DNA of 60,153 nucleotides from Nitrospinota bacterium (GCA_030754595.1 JASLZZ010000098.1:1-60153), one strand, 5' to 3'. Shown: positions 47,871 to 59,579, counted from the stretch's first letter. A program made the numbers and translations. Notes: generated by a model not told the origin, from the sequence alone.

Positions 47871-49202
47871 AGGAAGCTCGGCATAGACCCCTCGGCGGTT
47901 GAAGTGGCCGATCTGGGCGGGCTGCGGGGCGGCAGTGATACACCCGCCGAAACCGGAGCGAGAGCCCGGCTGCTCACCGAGGCCGCCATCTCCAAACTCG
48001 GCGCTTATGACGGATTCCGCCCCGAAAACGCCAAGATGCTTATCGCCTGGGAGGAGGAGATGAGCCGCCGTTCGCTGTTCACTCTCCCTCCAGTCCGCTA
48101 CGAAATGATTCCGTCCATCCGGGGAGAAGACTGCTTCGCCGCGGACGGTTGCCGCATCTGCTCGAATTTGTGTCCCCACAATGCCCTGGCTGTATCGCCC
48201 GAGGGCCGGATGATATTGAGCAAAGGCAGGTGCACCGGATGTGGCGCGTGTGTGTCTGCGTGCCCCGCCGGGGCGTTCGAATTTCCTGGAGCCTCGCTTC
48301 CTCAGCTTTAGGCCCAGACGGCCGCCCTGCTCGGCGGGGCCGATCTCACCGCCGGCCGGCGGGGGATCATGTTTCTCTGCCGAAACGCCGCGCGAGCCTT
48401 CGGGGATAGCGCACCGCCCATTCTGGGCGGATGGCTTCCCGTGGAGATACCTTGCCTAGCGATGGTCACTCCTTCCTGGATTCTTCAGTGCCTGGGCCAG
48501 GGAACCGCCGCCGTGGGTCTGCTCCGGTGCGAGGAAAAAGATTGCAGGTTTGGAGAGCGAAGCGATTTGGAGGGTAGCGTGGACTATTGCCGGGCGCTGC
48601 TGGCCGAGATGGGGCTGTCCCGGGAGGCGGTACAGGTTTTCGATTCGGGTGTCCCGGAGGAGTCGTCTCCCCTCGGCGGCGGATTGCCGGTCGCCGGCGC
48701 GAACGGAGCGGGGGCCAAAACCCATGTGGACTTTTCGCCCCGGGGGGCGGGAGGCGCGCTGCTCAAGCTGGCGGCGCGGCACAGCCCGCCGCCAGAGCTT
48801 TTGCTGACTCACCCACACTCCCTTTTCGGGATGATAGAGGTTCTGGCGGGGTGCACGGTGTGCGGCGCCTGCGCCAGCGCCTGCCCGGCGGGCGCGCAGG
48901 CGATCGAGCGGGACGAGGAAGGAGTATCCCTGGCCTTCACCGCCTCATCGTGCGTGGGTTGCGCCGGATGCCTCGAGGTTTGCCCCGAGAACATCATGGA
49001 GCTTGAGAAATCGACCGACCTTCTCGCGCTCAGGGAAGAGAAGCGCACTCTTTTCAGTGACACCATGCCCCGCTGCGAGAACTGCGGCGAGCCCATCGCA
49101 CCCCAGGCGATGCTGGATCGGATCGGGAGCATTCTGGAGGACCACCCGGCCTTCGCCGCCTTGAGCAAACGATGCATCGAGTGCCGGAAAACCATGTTTT
49201 AA
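47871..49202 (+). pseudogene. 4Fe-4S polyferredoxin with MvhD/FlpD-like segment; N-terminus missing and in-frame TAG at 48309
   Basis: CRICSNLCP, CTGCGACVSACP, PQL*AQ, IPCLAMV..GTAAV..C, CTVCGACASACP, CVGCAGCLEVCP, CENC..CIEC. Confidence 0.75.
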
Positions 49203-49381
49203 CTCGGCCGAGCAAAGAGATTTCGATCGCCCGCCCGGTCGGCCGGGCTGCTATGATGTTCCTTTCCAGGTGTTTCAGGCTGATATCGTTATTTCCTTGT
49301 GTCGTTTTTTAGCGCCCGGTATTTGGCCTGTGGCCCGGTGGCGCCGGGGTCAATAGCGTCTTGAAATCAGGGGAGGGGAAA

Positions 49382-49768
49382 ATGGGCTCGGAGGAAGAAG
49401 AATTAATCAGGCGGATCAAGGCCACTCGCGGTTGGATATTACCGGAGCAGGAGTTCATGGTCCGGAGGGACATCGAATTTTTCCGCCGCCATAACGATAA
49501 GGTCGATCATTTCATGAACAGGGACGGGGCCCTGTCGAGGAAGGTCCTTGAGCTGCTCTATATCGTGGCGCTTTGCGTGCGGCTGCCGGCGGGCGAGACC
49601 CAGACCTATGTCAAAAATCATATCCGCCAGGCGTTCGAGCACGGAGCGACGGAGCGGGAAATACTCGAGGCAGTGGAGCTGACCATCTTTCCGGGCGGCT
49701 CGCCCTCCATGAACGCGGGGATCAAGGCGCTCAGCGAAGTGATCGAGGAGCGGGAGAGGGTTGGGTGA
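49382..49768 (+). CDS. Carboxymuconolactone decarboxylase/AhpD family protein
   Basis: GALSRKVLEL, HIRQAFEHGATEREILEA..GGSP; GGAGG RBS. Confidence 0.85.
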   Translation: MGSEEEELIRRIKATRGWILPEQEFMVRRDIEFFRRHNDKVDHFMNRDGALSRKVLELLYIVALCVRLPAGETQTYVKNHIRQAFEHGATEREILEAVELTIFPGGSPSMNAGIKALSEVIEERERVG

Positions 49769-49776
49769 GGGGTACT

Positions 49777-50073
49777 GCCCCGGAGGGAGCCGGCCCCCCG
49801 CCCCAGGGCGAAAATCTCGATCCGCGCCCCCAAGCGAAGTCGTCTCGCTTCCCACTCGACGCCACCCGCAGCACTCCCCCGTTTCGCGGCAATTCCTGCG
49901 GTGAACGGTCCCGCTCGCCGGACAAAAAAAACCTTCTCCCGCCTCGAGGCTCCTCGCTTCCCGCTCGCCGGACATTAAAAAAAACCCTCTCCCGCCCCGA
50001 TGGGGCCCCGCCGGTAGCGGGTTGGGTGAGTCGCCTCGCTTCCTGCTTGACGCCACCCCGCCCCGGAGGGAGC
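49777..50073. repeat. Mosaic of intergenic direct repeats
   Basis: GCCCCGGAGGGAGC at 49777 and 50060; TCCCGCTCGCCGGAC-A-run-CC.TCTCCCGCC at 49909 and 49959; CTCGCTTCC.. three times. Confidence 0.7.
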
Positions 50074-50174
50074 GTGTACCTTCCTGCATTTTCGTGGTAT
50101 TTGCTGTTTGACGGGCTTCTCGCTCCACGCTCGAAGCCCAACCGGCGGGTTTTATCTTCCGTGAATTAAAGCCG

Positions 50175-51053
50175 TCAGCTCTCTTTCAGTATTTCGATGA
50201 ACCGATCCACGGTCGGGGGCAGTTTTTTTCTCCGCCGGTGGATCAACCCGATTGGCCGTGAAAGGTCACTGCGGTCGAGGGGGATTGCCCGAAGGCTGCG
50301 CATCGCGATTTCTTTTTGAAACACCGGTTCGGGCAGGATGCTTACTCCGGCGCCGAGCAGAACGCCCTCCTTGATGCTCTCCACGTTGTCGAACTCCATT
50401 ACGACATCCACGCGCGCTTGCTCCTGGCGGAGCACCCGGTCGATGGCTTTCCGTATGACGAGGTCGGTGTCGAAAGCGACAAAGGGAGTTTTGTCCAGAT
50501 CGGCGCAACGAACGACCTTATTCTTGGCCAAGGGGTTTTCCGGTGTGCACACAACCCGGAGGGGTTCTTCCCAAAGAGTAATAACGTTCAGTGTCCGGCT
50601 TGAGCTGGGATAGGAAACCAGGCCGATGTCGGCTATGTCTTCTTGTACGGATCGCTTAACTTCTTCAGGGTGAAGACAGTCGAGCCGGACCCGAGCATCA
50701 GGATAAAGATGCCTGAAACGCTGCATGTAAACGCCCATGACATGCAGGCCGACGGAGTAAATCGCGGCTACGCGCACCGTTCCTTCAATCCGTTTTTTAT
50801 CGCTCGCGACCTCGTCCCTTACCCGATCAAAGCCTTCAATTAGATCGCGGCAAGCCTTGTAGAACTTCTCTCCTTGAGGGGTCAGGGTGAACGGGCGTTT
50901 GCTCCGGTCCAACAGCGAGACGCCCAAATCTTCCTCGAGGTGGCGGATGCTCTGGCTCGCGGCCGATTGGGTCACACCGCTCTCGCGGGCTCCGCGAGAA
51001 AAGCTGTTTGTCTGAACCACGTTGCAATAGAGGCGAAGCATATCGATCTTCAT
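50175..51053 (-). CDS. LysR family regulator divergent from gltBD (GltC-like arrangement)
   Basis: SFSRGA..VTQSAASQSIRHLEEDLGV.LLDRS..LTPQG; DNVESIK..V..GAGVSILP. Confidence 0.93.
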   Translation of the reverse strand: MKIDMLRLYCNVVQTNSFSRGARESGVTQSAASQSIRHLEEDLGVSLLDRSKRPFTLTPQGEKFYKACRDLIEGFDRVRDEVASDKKRIEGTVRVAAIYSVGLHVMGVYMQRFRHLYPDARVRLDCLHPEEVKRSVQEDIADIGLVSYPSSSRTLNVITLWEEPLRVVCTPENPLAKNKVVRCADLDKTPFVAFDTDLVIRKAIDRVLRQEQARVDVVMEFDNVESIKEGVLLGAGVSILPEPVFQKEIAMRSLRAIPLDRSDLSRPIGLIHRRRKKLPPTVDRFIEILKES

Positions 51054-51071
51054 GGAATAACGTCTATATAA

Positions 51072-51088
51072 CATTAGAAAATTCAATG
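51072..51088. promoter_or_regulatory. Putative LysR recognition site (T-N11-A palindrome)
   Basis: CAT-tagaaaattca-ATG in the AT-rich divergent promoter region. Confidence 0.55.
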
Positions 51089-51217
51089 CAATGTATTAAA
51101 TGATTCGTGTTGGGTTATGATAAAAAATCGTGTATAGTTTGGCGTTCGATTGGGGATGCTCCCTCCTCCACCCTGGGGGAGGGATTTACTTTCTTTCCTG
51201 TAAGATTGGGAATATCA

Positions 51218-54200
51218 ATGGCTTATAGCGGTCACGCATCGGGCCTCGGCCTCTACGACCCTGCATTCGAGCACGATGCCTGCGGCGTCGCGTTCGTGGC
51301 GGACCTCCATGGGCGCAAATCCCGGAAGATTGTCGAAGATGCGCTAACCGCGCTCAAGAACCTCGCACATCGGGGAGCCAGCGGCTCTGAGGTAAACACA
51401 GGTGACGGCGCGGGGATTTTGCTTCAAATGCCCCATGAATTCCTGAATAAGGTGTGCGGTGACGAAGAAATTATTTTGCCGGGGCCCGGCCTCTACGGGG
51501 CCGGAATGGTGTTCCTCCCTCCCGATTTCGCTCAAACGAATGAAATCGAAATCCTTTTCGAATCTATTATCCGTGAAGAAGGGTGCCAACCGCTCGGGTG
51601 GCGGGAAGTTCCCGTTGATCTTTCCTCGGTGGGGCCGACCGCTCTTTCGAAGGTGCCTCGCTTCCAGCAGATTTTTATCGGCGGTTTCGAGGAAGGCGCC
51701 GAAAAGATGCAGGTGGAGAGGAAGCTCTACGTCATACGCAAGCGAATTGAGCACGCCGTTCGAAAATCCGATTTATCCGAACGGATTTATTTTCACATTC
51801 CGAGCCTGTCTTCGCAGACCCTGATTTACAATGGAATGCTTACCACCGATCAGGTTGAACTGGTTTTTGCTGATCTCTCCGATCCGGACATGGAATCGGC
51901 TCTGGCCCTTGTGCATTCGCGCTTTTCGACGAATACATTTCCTTCCTGGCCGCTGGCCCATCCTTACCGCTATATGTGCCACAACGGGGAAATCAATACC
52001 CTGCGCGGAAACATCAACTGGATGCACGCCCGTGAAGCGTTGTGTGAAACGGAAGTTTTGCCTGACCTGAAGAAAATACTACCCATCGTTATCGAGGGCG
52101 GCAGCGACTCGGCAATATTCGATAACGTCCTCGAATTCCTCTTTATGGGGGGGCGAGAGCTTCCCCACGCGGTGTTGATGATGATTCCCGAGCCATGGGC
52201 CGGTCACGAGTCCATGAGCGAGGATCGGAAGGCATTCTACGAATTTCACGGTTGTCTCATGGAGCCCTGGGACGGTCCCGCATCCATCGCCTTTACCGAC
52301 GGAACGTTGGTGGGAGCGGTTCTCGACAGGAACGGGCTGCGTCCCTCGCGTTATTACGTCACAAAAGACGACTTGGTGATTATGGCCTCCGAGGTGGGGG
52401 TGTTGGACATTCCCCCGGAGGATGTTCTTATCAAAGAGAGGTTGCACCCGGGCCGAATTTTCCTTGTGGACACCTCCGAGGGGCGCATCATCGACGACGA
52501 GGAGCTAAAAAGGCGATACACCATGGCCAACCCTTATCAGGATTGGCTTGAGAAGAACCTGGTCCACCTGGACGATCTTCCCGACGCGCCTCATTTTCCC
52601 GAGCCGGATCATGAGACCGTGCTTCAGCGGCAACAAGCATTCGGCTATACCCTGGAGGACAAGCGCTTCTTTATCGGTCCAATGGTAAAGCTGAAGAACG
52701 ACCCTACCGGTTCGATGGGCAACGACGCGGCGCTGGCTGTCCTGTCGGACCGCCCGCGGCTTCTTTACGACTACTTCAAGCAGCTCTTCGCGCAGGTGAC
52801 GAATCCTCCCCTTGATGCCATTCGGGAGGAGATCGTCACGCAGCTTTCCACTACCGTGGGGCCGGAGCGGAATTTGCTTAAGCCGGAGGCCGAATCGTGC
52901 CGCCAGATGAAGCTCGACACTCCCATCCTCAGCAATGAGGATTTCTACAAGCTCGTTCACTCGGACCAGCCTGGCCTGAAGGCCACTACCTTGCCCATGC
53001 TCTTCCGGGCCGCGGAGGGGGTCGAGGGCCTCAGGCGGGCGATGGACGATCTTTACCAAAAAGTCAGCGCGGCGATCGCCGAGGGTTATAGCTTGATAAT
53101 TCTTTCCGACCGGGGGGTTTCAGGGGAACTTTCTCCCATCCCGGCCCTGTTCGCCACAGCGGGAGTGCACCACCATCTTGTCCGCGAGGGGATAAGGACG
53201 CGTACTGGCCTGCTCATCGAAACCGGGGAGGCGCGGCAAGTTCACCACATGGCCCTCCTCCTGGGCTACGGCGCCGGGGCGATCAACCCCTATCTTGCCT
53301 TCGAAACCATCGACGACATGATTCGAAGCGGTTTCCTCGAGGGTATCGACCACGATACGGCGGTCAAAAACTATATCACCGGTTTGTGCAAGGGCATCAT
53401 CAAGGTCATATCGAAGATGGGCATCTCAACGATTCAGTCCTACCGGGGCGCCCAGATTTTCGAGGCCATCGGATTGAACAAGGAATTTGTCGACAACTAT
53501 TTCACCTGGACCCCGTCGCGGATAGGGGGGATAGGAATCGAAGTCGTGACCGACGAGGTGCTTCTCCGCCACCGCAAGGCCTTTCCCGACCGCCGGGCCA
53601 TGACCGAGGAACTCGATAGCGGAGGTTTCCTCCAGTGGCGCCGGGGCGGAGAGTTTCATCTTTTCAACCCCGAGACGGTTTTCAAGCTCCAGCATGCGAC
53701 CCGGACCGGAAGGTTCGATATTTTCAAGGAATACACCAACCTGGTTGACGATCAGAGCAAGCGGCTGGCGACCCTGCGCGGTCTTCTGGAATTCAAGTGG
53801 GCTCGGGAGCCCATCCCCCTGGAAGAGGTGGAGCCCACCGAGGCCATCATGGAGCGCTTTAGCACGGGGGCGATGTCCTACGGCTCGATCAGCCAGGAAG
53901 CTCACGAAACCCTTGCTATCGCAATGAACCGTATCGGGGGAAAATCCAACACCGGCGAAGGAGGGGAGGATGCCGAGCGCTTCGTTCCCGATAAAAATGG
54001 CGATCTTCGGCGCAGCGCCATTAAGCAGGTGGCGTCGGGCAGGTTCGGGGTCACCAGCGAATATCTCGTGAACGCCGATGACCTCCAGATCAAGATGGCG
54101 CAGGGGGCAAAACCCGGCGAAGGCGGCCAGCTTCCCGGAAATAAGGTTTTCCCCTGGATTGCCAAGGTGCGGAATTCCACCCCGGCGGTGGGTCTGATTT

Positions 54201-55780
54201 CCCCGCCTCCGCACCACGACATCTATTCGATCGAGGATTTGGCCCAGCTGATATATGACCTCAAGAATTCCAATCCCGAAGCCCGCATCCATGTAAAGCT
54301 AGTCGCCGAGATCGGGGTGGGGACTGTTGCGGCCGGTGTCTCTAAAGCGCACTCCGACGTGGTTCTCATCTCCGGCCACGATGGGGGGACGGGCGCCTCG
54401 CCGATTACCAGCATCAAACATGCCGGCGCTCCCTGGGAACTTGGTTTGGCGGAGACCCAGCAAGTCCTGGTGATGAACCGGCTTCGCGACCGCATCGTCG
54501 TCCAGGTTGACGGCCAGTTAAAAACAGGACGCGATGTGGTCATCGGGGCCATGCTCGGAGCGGATGAATTCGGATTCGCCACCGCGCCTTTGGTGGTGAT
54601 GGGTTGCATCATGATGAGGGTGTGCCACCTCAATACCTGCCCCGTCGGAATTGCCACCCAGGATCCGGAACTCCGCAAGAAATTCTCCGGCTCGCCCGAG
54701 TACGTTGAGAATTTTTTCCGCTTCGTCGCGGAGGAGGTGCGTGAATATATGGCCCGCCTGGGATTCCGCTCCGTGGATGAAATGATCGGAAGGGCGGACA
54801 GACTCAACATTCGTCAGGCGGTGGATCACTGGAAGGCGAAAGGTCTCGATTTCGCGCCAATACTCCATAAACCCGACATGGGTCCGGATGTCGCTATCCG
54901 AAATGTTTGCGGCCAGAACCACGGCCTCGAGAAGACTCTCGATGTGACCACCCTGATTCCCATGTGCAAGGACGCCCTGGAGCGAAAGGCCCCGGTCAAG
55001 CTCGAGCTTCCCATACTTAACCTCAACCGGACGGTGGGAACCATCCTTGGTTACGAGGTGACAAGGCGGCACGGGGGAAAGGGCTTGCCGGAGAATACGA
55101 TCCAGGTGCATTTCAGGGGGTCGGCCGGTCAGAGTTTTTCGGCTTTTGTTCCAAACGGGATTACCTTCACCCTCGAGGGCGACTCGAACGATTACATCGG
55201 AAAAGGATTGTCGGGGGGAAAGATCATCGTTTTCCCGTCCAGGGAGTCCTCCTTCACGGCGGAAAAAAACATCCTCATCGGAAACGTCGCTCTCTACGGC
55301 GCCACAGCGGGAGAGGCTTATTTCCGGGGGGTCGCCGGCGAGCGATTCGCCGTGCGCAACAGCGGCGCCCTCGCCGTGGTCGAGAGTGTGGGCGATCATG
55401 GTTGCGAATACATGACCGGCGGCCGGGTGGTCGTGCTCGGAAAGACGGGAAGAAACTTCGCCGCCGGAATGTCGGGCGGCATCGCCTACATCCTCGACGA
55501 GGAGAACAGTTTCAGGAGGCGGTGCAACATGGAGTTGGTGGACTTGGAAGATCTCGTTGACCCAGACGACGTTGATGAGGTGAAAAACCTCATCCAAAAA
55601 CACGTGGAATATACGGGAAGTACGGTTGGCGAACGTATTCTTTCGGAATGGGAAACGCTTCAGCCTCGATTCGTTAAAGTGTTGCCCCGCGACTATAAGC
55701 GGGCGATGATGGCCATCCAGACCGCCAAGGAACGCGGGATCTCTTGGGAGAAAGCCGTGATGGAGGCGAGTCATGGGTAA
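51218..55780 (+). CDS. gltB: Glutamate synthase large subunit
   Basis: [75 protein letters not shown]-terminal domain. Confidence 0.98.
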   Translation: MAYSGHASGLGLYDPAFEHDACGVAFVADLHGRKSRKIVEDALTALKNLAHRGASGSEVNTGDGAGILLQMPHEFLNKVCGDEEIILPGPGLYGAGMVFLPPDFAQTNEIEILFESIIREEGCQPLGWREVPVDLSSVGPTALSKVPRFQQIFIGGFEEGAEKMQVERKLYVIRKRIEHAVRKSDLSERIYFHIPSLSSQTLIYNGMLTTDQVELVFADLSDPDMESALALVHSRFSTNTFPSWPLAHPYRYMCHNGEINTLRGNINWMHAREALCETEVLPDLKKILPIVIEGGSDSAIFDNVLEFLFMGGRELPHAVLMMIPEPWAGHESMSEDRKAFYEFHGCLMEPWDGPASIAFTDGTLVGAVLDRNGLRPSRYYVTKDDLVIMASEVGVLDIPPEDVLIKERLHPGRIFLVDTSEGRIIDDEELKRRYTMANPYQDWLEKNLVHLDDLPDAPHFPEPDHETVLQRQQAFGYTLEDKRFFIGPMVKLKNDPTGSMGNDAALAVLSDRPRLLYDYFKQLFAQVTNPPLDAIREEIVTQLSTTVGPERNLLKPEAESCRQMKLDTPILSNEDFYKLVHSDQPGLKATTLPMLFRAAEGVEGLRRAMDDLYQKVSAAIAEGYSLIILSDRGVSGELSPIPALFATAGVHHHLVREGIRTRTGLLIETGEARQVHHMALLLGYGAGAINPYLAFETIDDMIRSGFLEGIDHDTAVKNYITGLCKGIIKVISKMGISTIQSYRGAQIFEAIGLNKEFVDNYFTWTPSRIGGIGIEVVTDEVLLRHRKAFPDRRAMTEELDSGGFLQWRRGGEFHLFNPETVFKLQHATRTGRFDIFKEYTNLVDDQSKRLATLRGLLEFKWAREPIPLEEVEPTEAIMERFSTGAMSYGSISQEAHETLAIAMNRIGGKSNTGEGGEDAERFVPDKNGDLRRSAIKQVASGRFGVTSEYLVNADDLQIKMAQGAKPGEGGQLPGNKVFPWIAKVRNSTPAVGLISPPPHHDIYSIEDLAQLIYDLKNSNPEARIHVKLVAEIGVGTVAAGVSKAHSDVVLISGHDGGTGASPITSIKHAGAPWELGLAETQQVLVMNRLRDRIVVQVDGQLKTGRDVVIGAMLGADEFGFATAPLVVMGCIMMRVCHLNTCPVGIATQDPELRKKFSGSPEYVENFFRFVAEEVREYMARLGFRSVDEMIGRADRLNIRQAVDHWKAKGLDFAPILHKPDMGPDVAIRNVCGQNHGLEKTLDVTTLIPMCKDALERKAPVKLELPILNLNRTVGTILGYEVTRRHGGKGLPENTIQVHFRGSAGQSFSAFVPNGITFTLEGDSNDYIGKGLSGGKIIVFPSRESSFTAEKNILIGNVALYGATAGEAYFRGVAGERFAVRNSGALAVVESVGDHGCEYMTGGRVVVLGKTGRNFAAGMSGGIAYILDEENSFRRRCNMELVDLEDLVDPDDVDEVKNLIQKHVEYTGSTVGERILSEWETLQPRFVKVLPRDYKRAMMAIQTAKERGISWEKAVMEASHG

Positions 55781-57221
55781 ACCCACCGGTTTTGTCGAGT
55801 TTCAAAGAGAGTTGCCGGGAAGCAGGTCCGTCGAAGAACGTATCGGGGATTGGAACGAAGTCTACCTTCCGTTCCCCGATGATAAGCTTCAAAACCAAGG
55901 GGCGCGGTGCATGGACTGCGGAATCCCCTTCTGCCATAGCGGCTGCCCGTTGGGAAATCTCATTCCGGAATGGAACGACATGGTCTACCGGGAGAAATGG
56001 GACGAGGCCGTCGAGCGGCTGCACAGGACGAACAATTTTCCCGAGTTCACCGGGCGGCTTTGCCCCGCCCCATGCGAGGGCTCATGTGTCCTGGGCATTA
56101 ACGAAGACCCCGTTACGATTAAACAGATTGAAGTCTCGATTATCGAGCACGCCTTCGACCAGGGCTGGGTGGTTCCGCGACAGCCCGCTGCCAGGACCGG
56201 GAAGAAAGTCGCCATCGTGGGTTCCGGGCCGGCGGGTTTGGCGGCGGCGGATCAACTCAACCAGGCAGGCCATAGCGTTACCGTCTTCGAGAGGGACAGC
56301 CGCATCGGCGGATTGATGCGCTATGGGATCCCCGAATTCAAGATGGAAAAGAAGTTTCTGGACCGGCGGCTGGAATTGATGGAGTCCGAGGGCGTTGTCT
56401 TCAAGACAGGGTGTCATGTGGGCGTGGATGTCACCGCATCGGCTCTCCGCGAGGAGTTCGATGCGCTGGTCCTCGCGGGCGGAGCGCGTGCGCCGCGTGA
56501 TTTGCCGATTCCCGGGCGCGACCTCAAGGGCGTATACTTCGCGTTGGAGTATCTTTCCGTCCAGAACAAACTCTGCGAGGGTGTTTCGGTTCCTGTGGAG
56601 GAGCAGATCAACGTCAAGGGAAAATCCGTGATCGTCATCGGCGGCGGGGACACCGGGGCCGATTGCCTGGGTACGGCTCACCGGCAGGGGGCGACTTCGA
56701 TTCACCAGCTTGAAATTCTGCCTTGTCCGCCGGATGAGCGTGATGCGAATGTAAATCCCTGGCCTCTTTATCCGGATATTTTACGCGTCTCCTCCGCGCA
56801 CGAGGAGGGCGGCGATCGAATCTACTCCATTTCAACCAAGCAGTTTGTCGGCGAGGACGGGGTGTTAAAAAAGCTCGATGTCGTCGATGTGGAAATGAAA
56901 CGGAGTGATGACGGGCGGATGAGTTTCGAGGACATTCCCGGCACGGAGAGGGAGATGAATGCTGATTTCGTCTTTCTTGCCATGGGTTTTCTGGGGCCGG
57001 AGCGAAAAGGAATGATCGAGGAACTGGGTGTCGAACTTACCGAGCGCGGCAATGTCCAGCGTGATGAAGAATGGATGACGAGCGTTCCGGGCGTGTTTAC
57101 GGTGGGAGACATGCAACGGGGCCAGTCTCTCATCGTATGGGCCATCGCCGAGGGCAGGTCGTGCGCTCGTGCTGTGGACATGTACCTCATGGGAGAGTCC
57201 GACCTCCCCGCCCCGATTTAA
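55773..57221 (+). CDS. gltD: Glutamate synthase small subunit
   Basis: [65 protein letters not shown]; overlaps gltB. Confidence 0.98.
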   Translation: MGKPTGFVEFQRELPGSRSVEERIGDWNEVYLPFPDDKLQNQGARCMDCGIPFCHSGCPLGNLIPEWNDMVYREKWDEAVERLHRTNNFPEFTGRLCPAPCEGSCVLGINEDPVTIKQIEVSIIEHAFDQGWVVPRQPAARTGKKVAIVGSGPAGLAAADQLNQAGHSVTVFERDSRIGGLMRYGIPEFKMEKKFLDRRLELMESEGVVFKTGCHVGVDVTASALREEFDALVLAGGARAPRDLPIPGRDLKGVYFALEYLSVQNKLCEGVSVPVEEQINVKGKSVIVIGGGDTGADCLGTAHRQGATSIHQLEILPCPPDERDANVNPWPLYPDILRVSSAHEEGGDRIYSISTKQFVGEDGVLKKLDVVDVEMKRSDDGRMSFEDIPGTEREMNADFVFLAMGFLGPERKGMIEELGVELTERGNVQRDEEWMTSVPGVFTVGDMQRGQSLIVWAIAEGRSCARAVDMYLMGESDLPAPI

Positions 57222-57574
57222 ATCTTGTTTTATTTGGGCCGAAGCTTCATCCACCGAAGTTTCATTCGATGGTTTTCCTGCGGCCTGCCTTCGCTAAAAC
57301 CTTGATGAATAAGCCGTAAGCCCAAAAGAGGCCGGCAGCCTGCCGGCATGAAATTTCTCCTGGAATAATAAATTCATGGTACAATCATATTGTGCCCGGT
57401 GCTGGATACGGTCACTAGCGATTTTCTGTTTTCCGTTGAGAGTCGACGGAAATGCCCTGTGAATATAACGGACGGCAAGGCCGCCCGGGCGGGTTCACCC
57501 CGTGAGAGGGGCGGGCTTCTTTGGGCGTTGTACGACTATTTTGCCGGTCCTGAAGCAAAGGGAGGAAAAGCGCC

Positions 57575-58156
57575 ATGTTCGAACCGGGAAACATCAAAGT
57601 TTGCTTCGAGGTTTTCAGCAGGATAACGAGAGAGTTGAGTTCCGCGCTCGATGTTGGGGAAATTCTTGACCATATCGCCCGGCAGACGGCCGAGGCGACA
57701 GGCGCCAAAGGCTGCGCGGTCCGGGTGCTCAACGATAAAACAAGACTATTCGAATTGTCGGCGGTCTGGGGTCTGAGTCAGGAGTATTTGAAAAAAGGGC
57801 CGGTTGACGCCGATCACAGTTTGGCGGCATGCATGAATGGAGAGGTCGTCCAAATCCTCGACACGGCCGACGACCCTCGGGTTCAGTACCCGGATGACGC
57901 CAAAGCCGAGGGAATCGTATCTATATTGTCCGTTCCGATGATGATGATGGACCGCATCGTCGGTGTTCTACGCCTCTATACTTCCGAGCCGAGAGTGTTC
58001 ACCGAGGATGAACTTGCATTCGTCCATGCGCTTGCAGATTTGGGGACTCTTGCGCTCTGCCACACGCGCCGCTACTCGGGGTTGAAGGTTGACCACGATT
58101 CTCTCGTCGAAAATTTCCAGGCCTGGTTCGAGTCGAGTACGTACAATCCTCAATAA
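57575..58156 (+). CDS. Stand-alone GAF domain protein
   Basis: ELSSALD..EILD.I, GLSQEY, DDPRVQYP..AKAEGIVSILSVP, VGVLRLY..PRVF; GGAGG RBS. Confidence 0.88.
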   Translation: MFEPGNIKVCFEVFSRITRELSSALDVGEILDHIARQTAEATGAKGCAVRVLNDKTRLFELSAVWGLSQEYLKKGPVDADHSLAACMNGEVVQILDTADDPRVQYPDDAKAEGIVSILSVPMMMMDRIVGVLRLYTSEPRVFTEDELAFVHALADLGTLALCHTRRYSGLKVDHDSLVENFQAWFESSTYNPQ

Positions 58157-58275
58157 AAATGCCTTGGCGGCGGATACGCAGGCCCGCAGGTATGCACTTG
58201 CGCACCACCCCGTCTAATCCGTTTATGTAGGAACCGGATTAGAGTGGGAAAGGTTGCCGCCTATTACCCGTTTAA

Positions 58276-59016
58276 CTAGTGCGGCATGTGGGCCGGATTC
58301 CAATACTCCCCCGTCCGGATCGTGACTGCCTGCCGCTCTCCGTTGGGGACCCAGGAGTTTTCGTTTTTCAGTGCTTGAGGTTCGAAATCGTATGCAACCC
58401 TGTGAATCTCCGCTTCCCAGTTTCCGTCGCCCTTGTATTCGAGAAGAACGTAGGCGGGGCGATTGTCGCCGTCCCAATTCACCGCGGCTGAGGCCCCGCA
58501 AACAAGAGTCTGATTTCCGACCTGGCGGACATAAGGCCCGTGAACTTGGCCAAAGGCCAGACATTCGGCTTTGTCCCCTTTGAGTCTTTCCAGAATTTCA
58601 TCGTCTGTCAGTCGTAGCGGAAGGGCCCCCTCGTCATCGCCCGGGGCCGCGTGAAAAATGTGAACGTCATGACCGGGTTCGGCCGTGAATGTTATTTCGT
58701 GAGGGAGGCCTCTTAGCCAGTCGAGTTGATCTTCGTTGAGATGCTCGCGCGTTGTCCTGCTGGCCTCGTTTCTTCCGGGGAAGGGATTGTCCTGCTCGTC
58801 GACTTTATCGATCACCCATCGATCGAAATTCCCCAGAATGGGCAGGCAGTTCTTGCGGGCTCGAAGCGCATCAATAACCTCGCCCGGCTCGGGACCGCCC
58901 ATCACATGATCGCCCAATACGACCTCCCAGTCGGCATTGTGCTTATCGACTTCCGCCAGAACGACTTCGAGCGGCGTGAGTTGTGCGTGGATGTCTCCGT
59001 AAAGTGCAAGTTTCAT
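58276..59016 (-). CDS. Calcineurin-like metallophosphoesterase family protein (variant motifs)
   Basis: YGDIH, LGDHV..GP.P, LGNFD, FHAAP, FGQVH, DGDNRPAY, HRVAYD. Confidence 0.85.
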   Translation of the reverse strand: MKLALYGDIHAQLTPLEVVLAEVDKHNADWEVVLGDHVMGGPEPGEVIDALRARKNCLPILGNFDRWVIDKVDEQDNPFPGRNEASRTTREHLNEDQLDWLRGLPHEITFTAEPGHDVHIFHAAPGDDEGALPLRLTDDEILERLKGDKAECLAFGQVHGPYVRQVGNQTLVCGASAAVNWDGDNRPAYVLLEYKGDGNWEAEIHRVAYDFEPQALKNENSWVPNGERQAVTIRTGEYWNPAHMPH

Positions 59017-59485
59017 GGCCTTCCTCTCCCTTAATAAGTATCGGATAGTTAAATCATAGCAGGACTGGGCCTTGAACGGGAATGATTCGCCCGTTATTAA
59101 AGGGGGTCCGGCTGGCGGGAAATTCACCTGTTTTCGGGAAATCCCCCGGTAATTCCAGGTTCACGGGCTCATCCTCGACAATCAGGATATGATCACTCCT
59201 GCGGGAGACGGGACCATCACGGAACTCATCAATCGAAGATCCGGCTTTTCGGTTGAAAACTGGATTGCCCATTATAATGATTAAAACTATTGAAAATGTT
59301 ATGTATGGGGTGGCGGGGCCTGGCCGGGGACGGGAACTTTTCCCCACTTCGAATATTTCCGGGGGGTTATCCATAGTGAGTTTGCGGCGAGAGGGGTGGT
59401 ATGCAATTATCCCCCGCTGTTATGGGACGATTGGTCTCCGGATTTTTCCGGTTTGATATTATTTCATTCAGAAGCAGCGGTTTAA

Positions 59486-59579
59486 GGAGAGGTGTCCGAG
59501 TTGGCTGAAGGAGCACGACTGGAAATCGTGTGGGTGCTCAAAAGGTGCCTCGGGGGTTCGAATCCCCCCCTCTCCGCCA
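59486..59579 (+). tRNA. tRNA-Ser (anticodon GGA)
   Basis: GGAGAGG/CCTCTCC acceptor stem, G discriminator plus CCA, CACGA-CTGGAAA-TCGTG anticodon arm, long variable arm, GGTTCGAATCC T-arm. Confidence 0.97.

Noticed and set aside
14977..48311. Stop-codon recoding (Pyl, Sec or alternative genetic code) to explain the in-frame stops at 15385, 27910, 34470, 47209 and 48309
   Set aside because: All three stop types occur, at positions expected to be different residues (W, R, L, E/K, E/Q). TAG, TGA and TAA all terminate intact genes here. The TGAs are not at Cys positions, and the only tRNA is an ordinary Ser(GGA).
47178..48311. Novel oxidoreductase-ferredoxin fusion enzyme
   Set aside because: It lacks the NAD-binding N-terminus in frame and both halves carry lesions; treated as a deletion chimera.
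49909..49996. Mini-CRISPR (35-38-bp repeats)
   Set aside because: Only two unequal copies with a ~15-bp gap, an internal A-run and no cas genes.
58157..58275. Small RNA between convergent genes (TCTAATCCG/CGGATTAGA stem)
   Set aside because: More simply a terminator-type hairpin; no RNA family features recognised.
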